A stretch of 27,094 bases of DNA from an uncultured Nitrososphaerota archaeon. Its GTDB lineage: Archaea; Asgardarchaeota; Njordarchaeia; Njordarchaeales; Njordarchaeaceae. Positions 23,526 to 27,094 of this stretch are shown here, one piece after another. Where the stretch lies: positions 1 through 27,094 of the forward strand of contig CAZFGR010000019.1 in assembly GCA_964518475.1 (NCBI GenBank), written 5' to 3'. Each line of letters opens with the position of its first letter. Within the stretch, counting starts at the first letter, position 1. Under the pieces are notes generated by a model. That model did no database searches and had not been told where the DNA came from. It worked only from the letters and a program-made list of their open reading frames with translations. The position numbers were made by a program, and so were the translations under genes.

Positions 23526-24668
23526 TCAAATAGAATAAATAAGGCTTAGTTTTTCCTCATTAATATCTTCATCCGTAATGCCTAGTCCCTTCCTCATAGG
23601 CAGAATTCTTTTGCTGTTCTCGAACCGAGTAACTGGTTGCTTTAAGATATCCTCCTTTAGAAGATCCGAATCGAGATCTGCAAAATCGACAGGAATTACC
23701 GAAGCTAAGTACGAATCAACCGTTATTCCAATATTCGTTTCTCCAGCACACCCAATCATGACTAGTAAACCATGCTCTTTGGCATTTCTTCCAGAAACAA
23801 ATACATCGATAGGATCACCGGCCTTAGCTATTTTTAGATTTATTCCATCAACCTTCCCGAGAACATTCTCTAAATCACTGCTTTTTCGGAAACTTTCATC
23901 AACTATTATTGGTAACTCCGTTAATTTCCTTAACTCATTTATCTCATCAATTCTGTCTCGAGGAAGAGGTTGCTCTATGAACTCTATATTAGCGGGTAAT
24001 TTATCTATTCTAGGAATGATCTCCCTAGCCTCTTGGTAAGTCCATCCCTGGTTAGCATCGATACGAAGCGATACTTCGCTCGGGAGCATATCTGCAACAG
24101 CTTTTATTCTTTCGAAATCGACCTCTACACCACCCTTCCCGACCTTGAGTTTGATGGACTTGAATCCCATCTCTAATGCTTTAGTGACGTCCTTCAATGT
24201 TTCCTCAAGGGGCTCTATCCCTATAGTTATATCTGTGAATACTTCAGGAGTAGTTACTGGGGCAAACAATTCACCGAAGTTCTTACCAAGTAAACGAGCT
24301 ATTGCGTCTAGGATAGCAATACTGAACGCTAAACGATAGGGTCTCTCCGGAAGTGTCTCGATAATACTTCTTAGAGCGTCAGAGAGGTTCTTCTCCTTCA
24401 AACCCGGGCCTAGATGAGTTAGAGTCTCCATCAAGTTCTCTCTTGAAATGCTGGCAGGTATGCTGGACTCGCCGAAACCACGCGTTGTCTCGGTCTCTAT
24501 TTCTACGAGAAGAACTCTGTCCTGCTCGGTTCTTGAAGTAGCTATTTCAAAAGGCTTGTAATAGTTCAATACGCAGAAATAAGCCTTAATAGAAGAAATT
24601 TTCTCATCTACTCCTGCTTCCTTTATAGCTGACTCCAAATTAGATAAAACATTTTGCACAGAAAGCAT
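23526..24668 (-). CDS. Dipeptide epimerase (L-Ala-D/L-Glu epimerase-like, enolase superfamily MLE subgroup)
   Basis: PFEIA, GFGE, TDITIG, KLK, DANQGW, EQP, DES, INLK, DLD. Confidence 0.85.
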   Translation of the reverse strand: MLSVQNVLSNLESAIKEAGVDEKISSIKAYFCVLNYYKPFEIATSRTEQDRVLLVEIETETTRGFGESSIPASISRENLMETLTHLGPGLKEKNLSDALRSIIETLPERPYRLAFSIAILDAIARLLGKNFGELFAPVTTPEVFTDITIGIEPLEETLKDVTKALEMGFKSIKLKVGKGGVEVDFERIKAVADMLPSEVSLRIDANQGWTYQEAREIIPRIDKLPANIEFIEQPLPRDRIDEINELRKLTELPIIVDESFRKSSDLENVLGKVDGINLKIAKAGDPIDVFVSGRNAKEHGLLVMIGCAGETNIGITVDSYLASVIPVDFADLDSDLLKEDILKQPVTRFENSKRILPMRKGLGITDEDINEEKLSLIYSI

Positions 24669-24676
24669 CCAATCAC

Positions 24677-25855
24677 CTACTCAACCAAGAATTTTATTAG
24701 TTCCTCCGATGGTTTCTTCCGTGTTTTAACCACCATAATACCTCTTCCTTCCTTTAGCTTTGTATAGATTATTGACTTATTCGTCCCATGCAGAATCGCG
24801 TATTTAAGATCTCCCATATCCTCCTCCACAAGAACATTTCTTAAGGATTTACCTAGCGCAACAATAAGGGATACTAGATTCTCAGGAATATTCTCTAAAG
24901 TGGGTTCTCCTGGGTAAAAGGCGGTATAAATGTCCCCACCAGGTGTTGCGGCAATCAATAGAATCTTCTCGATTTCTGGATATTTACTCGCCATATTCCT
25001 GAGAAGATCCCACGCCTTGCTAGAGGGAATCAATTTATACTTGGCTTTCGTAGCTCCTTCAGCCCCCATCGCCGACTTCTCCCTGGGAGTCGCAACTTCT
25101 ACAGTCTCTGTTTTTTGTTCCTTTTCTCTCTCTTCTTCCCCAATAACGGGTATCTCGATGAGGGGCTGTACAAAAGGAGCAGCTTCGGGAGCGATCGCTG
25201 CCTGAAGAATATTACTAGCTGATAAGCTCTCAATTAATTTCTGTGGGGGTCTAAAGGTCATTAGTAAGGACTCTGTAATCTCGATGACCCTGGTTACCTC
25301 ATCAGCATTATACGCATTGATTAACAAGTGGGGAACTTCGTAATTCCATAAATTTCTTATTTCTCTGGTTAATCTATCAGCCACTTCCTGACCTACTATG
25401 ACTGCTTCCTTATTAATCCCGAGGTCCTTCCTAGTACCCACAACTACCAAAGCCACTATATTTTGTATAAGTCCTCCCCCAATCACCTCTTCTTCAACCA
25501 TCTTACCCAATAACTGAGGCGACACTGGATCATTAGCATCGTAGAAAAGAATAATACCAACACATTTCGACAAACCAACAAGGCGCTCATTAGTGAACTC
25601 TTCCCTACCAGGAGTATCTATCAATGCAAGCTTATAGGTCTCAACTGGAATCTTCCTTCCCTCTTTAACCTGGAAAAAAGTACGAACAGTCTCGAAAACC
25701 TCTACCTTCTCACTTGGAATATACTCACGGGAATCCTCTTGGCCAAAGAACACTTTCCTAAACGTAGTCTTACCACTTTTGGCAGGTCCATATAGACCTA
25801 CTCTAATAACGGGCAATCGCTCTTCGCTACTACCACTCATAGAAATCATCCACAA
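24677..25855 (-). CDS. Ras-like small GTPase fused via an acidic/Pro-rich linker to a C-terminal roadblock/LC7-like domain
   Basis: G1 GPAKSGKTT, G3 DTPG, ILFYD, G4 TRKD, G5 NAY. The C-terminal helix-bb-helix-bbb-helix region contains GDLKYAILHG, typical of roadblock domains. Start may be ATG 25849 or 25840. Confidence 0.75.
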   Translation of the reverse strand: MWMISMSGSSEERLPVIRVGLYGPAKSGKTTFRKVFFGQEDSREYIPSEKVEVFETVRTFFQVKEGRKIPVETYKLALIDTPGREEFTNERLVGLSKCVGIILFYDANDPVSPQLLGKMVEEEVIGGGLIQNIVALVVVGTRKDLGINKEAVIVGQEVADRLTREIRNLWNYEVPHLLINAYNADEVTRVIEITESLLMTFRPPQKLIESLSASNILQAAIAPEAAPFVQPLIEIPVIGEEEREKEQKTETVEVATPREKSAMGAEGATKAKYKLIPSSKAWDLLRNMASKYPEIEKILLIAATPGGDIYTAFYPGEPTLENIPENLVSLIVALGKSLRNVLVEEDMGDLKYAILHGTNKSIIYTKLKEGRGIMVVKTRKKPSEELIKFLVE

Positions 25856-26242
25856 ACTTCCCTAGTCATAATCCTTGTTGAAGAATTAGAAGAACAAACC
25901 GCTAATTTAAATATTTAATACAGCATTGCCTTCACATTCCCATAAGCGCTGGGATTCTGCATTTATGGAAAGTTTTATTTGGTGCTTTCTCTATTTTAGA
26001 GAGAAACAATAGTGGGCCGTATTAGTTATGTTCGTTTTTATGGAGTGTGTAATCCCAATTAATTGTCAAAAGCTAAGAGATTCCTCAAATATATCCCTAG
26101 AAACTAGAAACACGAGATACTAAGACTCCACGCTACTAAATCCTAGCACGACTCTACTGCAAAATAAATAATGATCAAATTTTAGGAAAGTAATAACAAT
26201 AATTTCTAAACCTTAAGGAAAAACTCTAGAAGAGGATCCTGT

Positions 26243-26554
26243 ATGCCAATTTACCGTATCAGAATTAGGGTTAAGGAGATTCGAGGATACTGTCCTATAT
26301 ATAAGCCTGGGGACGAGATTGTTTTGAATGGGTATTACATCGATACTGAGAAGAGTGCTCCCGTGTGTATGCATGCCTTCCTTGCCATGGCTTCGCTTCT
26401 CTCAGCTTTCTCTCACGGTGCTAGTGCTCGTGACCTTGGAATAGGGGAAGAGAAGAATATTGGTTATCTTCAATGTCCCGATCCAGGACCGCCATATACG
26501 AGAGGGGGGACAGTAGTATTCGAATTGAAAAGAGAAGAGGAGATCAAGCAGTAG
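26243..26554 (+). CDS. TIGR04076 family protein
   Basis: RVKEIRGYCP.YKPGD, VCMHA, QCPDPG...GGTVVFEL. Confidence 0.8.
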   Translation: MPIYRIRIRVKEIRGYCPIYKPGDEIVLNGYYIDTEKSAPVCMHAFLAMASLLSAFSHGASARDLGIGEEKNIGYLQCPDPGPPYTRGGTVVFELKREEEIKQ

Positions 26555-26623
26555 CTCTAAGCAGTATTTAAGGCCAGTAAGATTCTCTAATTCTTCGCGA
26601 TTAATCATGTATTAGCTTTGGAA

Positions 26624-27094
26624 CTATATCTCTTTCCCTATCATTAGATCTATATTGTTTTCTTCTGCAATCTTCCTAATTTCTTCAGCAACCTCTTTCT
26701 TAGCCGTTAGGATCACTAGGAATAGTCTTGGTTTCTCTCCATACTTCTCCTCGACAAGCCTTGCCTTCCTTAACAACTTTCGAACCTCCTCTACACTCTC
26801 AGCAAAGCTAGTTACTTCACCAACAATTAACGGTTTTTCACAAAATAGGTTTATTTCCTCTCCATCAATAACCCTCTTCTCCAACCTCGCATCGCTCGGT
26901 AGGATACCCAATTTCCTCAGACTACCAGTCAACATCTCCCTAACAAACTCTTCAAAAGTAAGACCAGCAAACTTCCTTAACGAGTCAAAACCAATGAGTA
27001 TTCTAGATTCCAACCGTCTAAACGCTCTATCAAGCCTCCTATACGAGATACGAAGATGCTTTATCTCAGCCAGCATTTTGTTGAAGTCTTCGCG
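26624..27094 (-). CDS. Coiled-coil + PD-(D/E)XK-like domain protein (DUF3782/COG5493-like), 5' end truncated by window edge
   Basis: The frame stays open to the edge ([12 protein letters not shown]...). FEEFVRE, EINL...IVGEVT, KLLRKA...YG match archaeal restriction-endonuclease-fold paralogs. Confidence 0.6.
   Translation of the reverse strand, partial: REDFNKMLAEIKHLRISYRRLDRAFRRLESRILIGFDSLRKFAGLTFEEFVREMLTGSLRKLGILPSDARLEKRVIDGEEINLFCEKPLIVGEVTSFAESVEEVRKLLRKARLVEEKYGEKPRLFLVILTAKKEVAEEIRKIAEENNIDLMIGKEI

Noticed and set aside
25937-26006. Imperfect hairpins in the 25856-26242 intergenic region
   Set aside because: Short AT-rich stems with no tRNA, C/D, H/ACA or repeat signature; compatible with chance.
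1-27094. CRISPR arrays, tRNA/rRNA genes, transposases, integrases
   Set aside because: No regularly spaced repeats, cloverleaf or GC-rich structural RNA stretches, or mobile-element proteins were seen.

Overview
AT-rich archaeal chromosomal window, most likely from a thermophilic Asgard-type archaeon. This assignment is inferred from a eukaryote-like (Lokiactin-type) actin, small TRAFAC GTPases, a GTPase-roadblock fusion, TIP49, ZPR1, multi-OB RPA, Alba and GGTGA-type Shine-Dalgarno sites. About 26 real CDSs are present, one of them absent from the ORF track (a predicted ABC-class ATPase, 1..1675, minus strand, cut by the left edge). The main unexplained protein system is a four-gene minus-strand cluster (2927-6800): a P-loop-dead pseudo-GTPase, an intact paralogous GTPase, a GAP1-N2/DENN-like protein and a multidomain partner with a GIFT/IFT52-like middle domain. 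It resembles bacterial GTPase/GAP1 systems but lacks an obvious effector. The intergenic DNA holds at least five unannotated box C/D guide sRNAs, two with guides complementary to conserved rRNA (16S 5' domain and 23S peptidyl-transferase region). Three of them flank tip49, which is divergent from actin. Also present: an archaeal modified-mevalonate operon (ubiX, AcnX small and large subunits, DUF2070), an RlmD-type methyltransferase, a GTPase-roadblock/epimerase/PAC2(HbYX)/sHSP run, and short patches of extreme third-position G/T versus A/C bias. All family calls come from motif recognition by eye; no searches were run.
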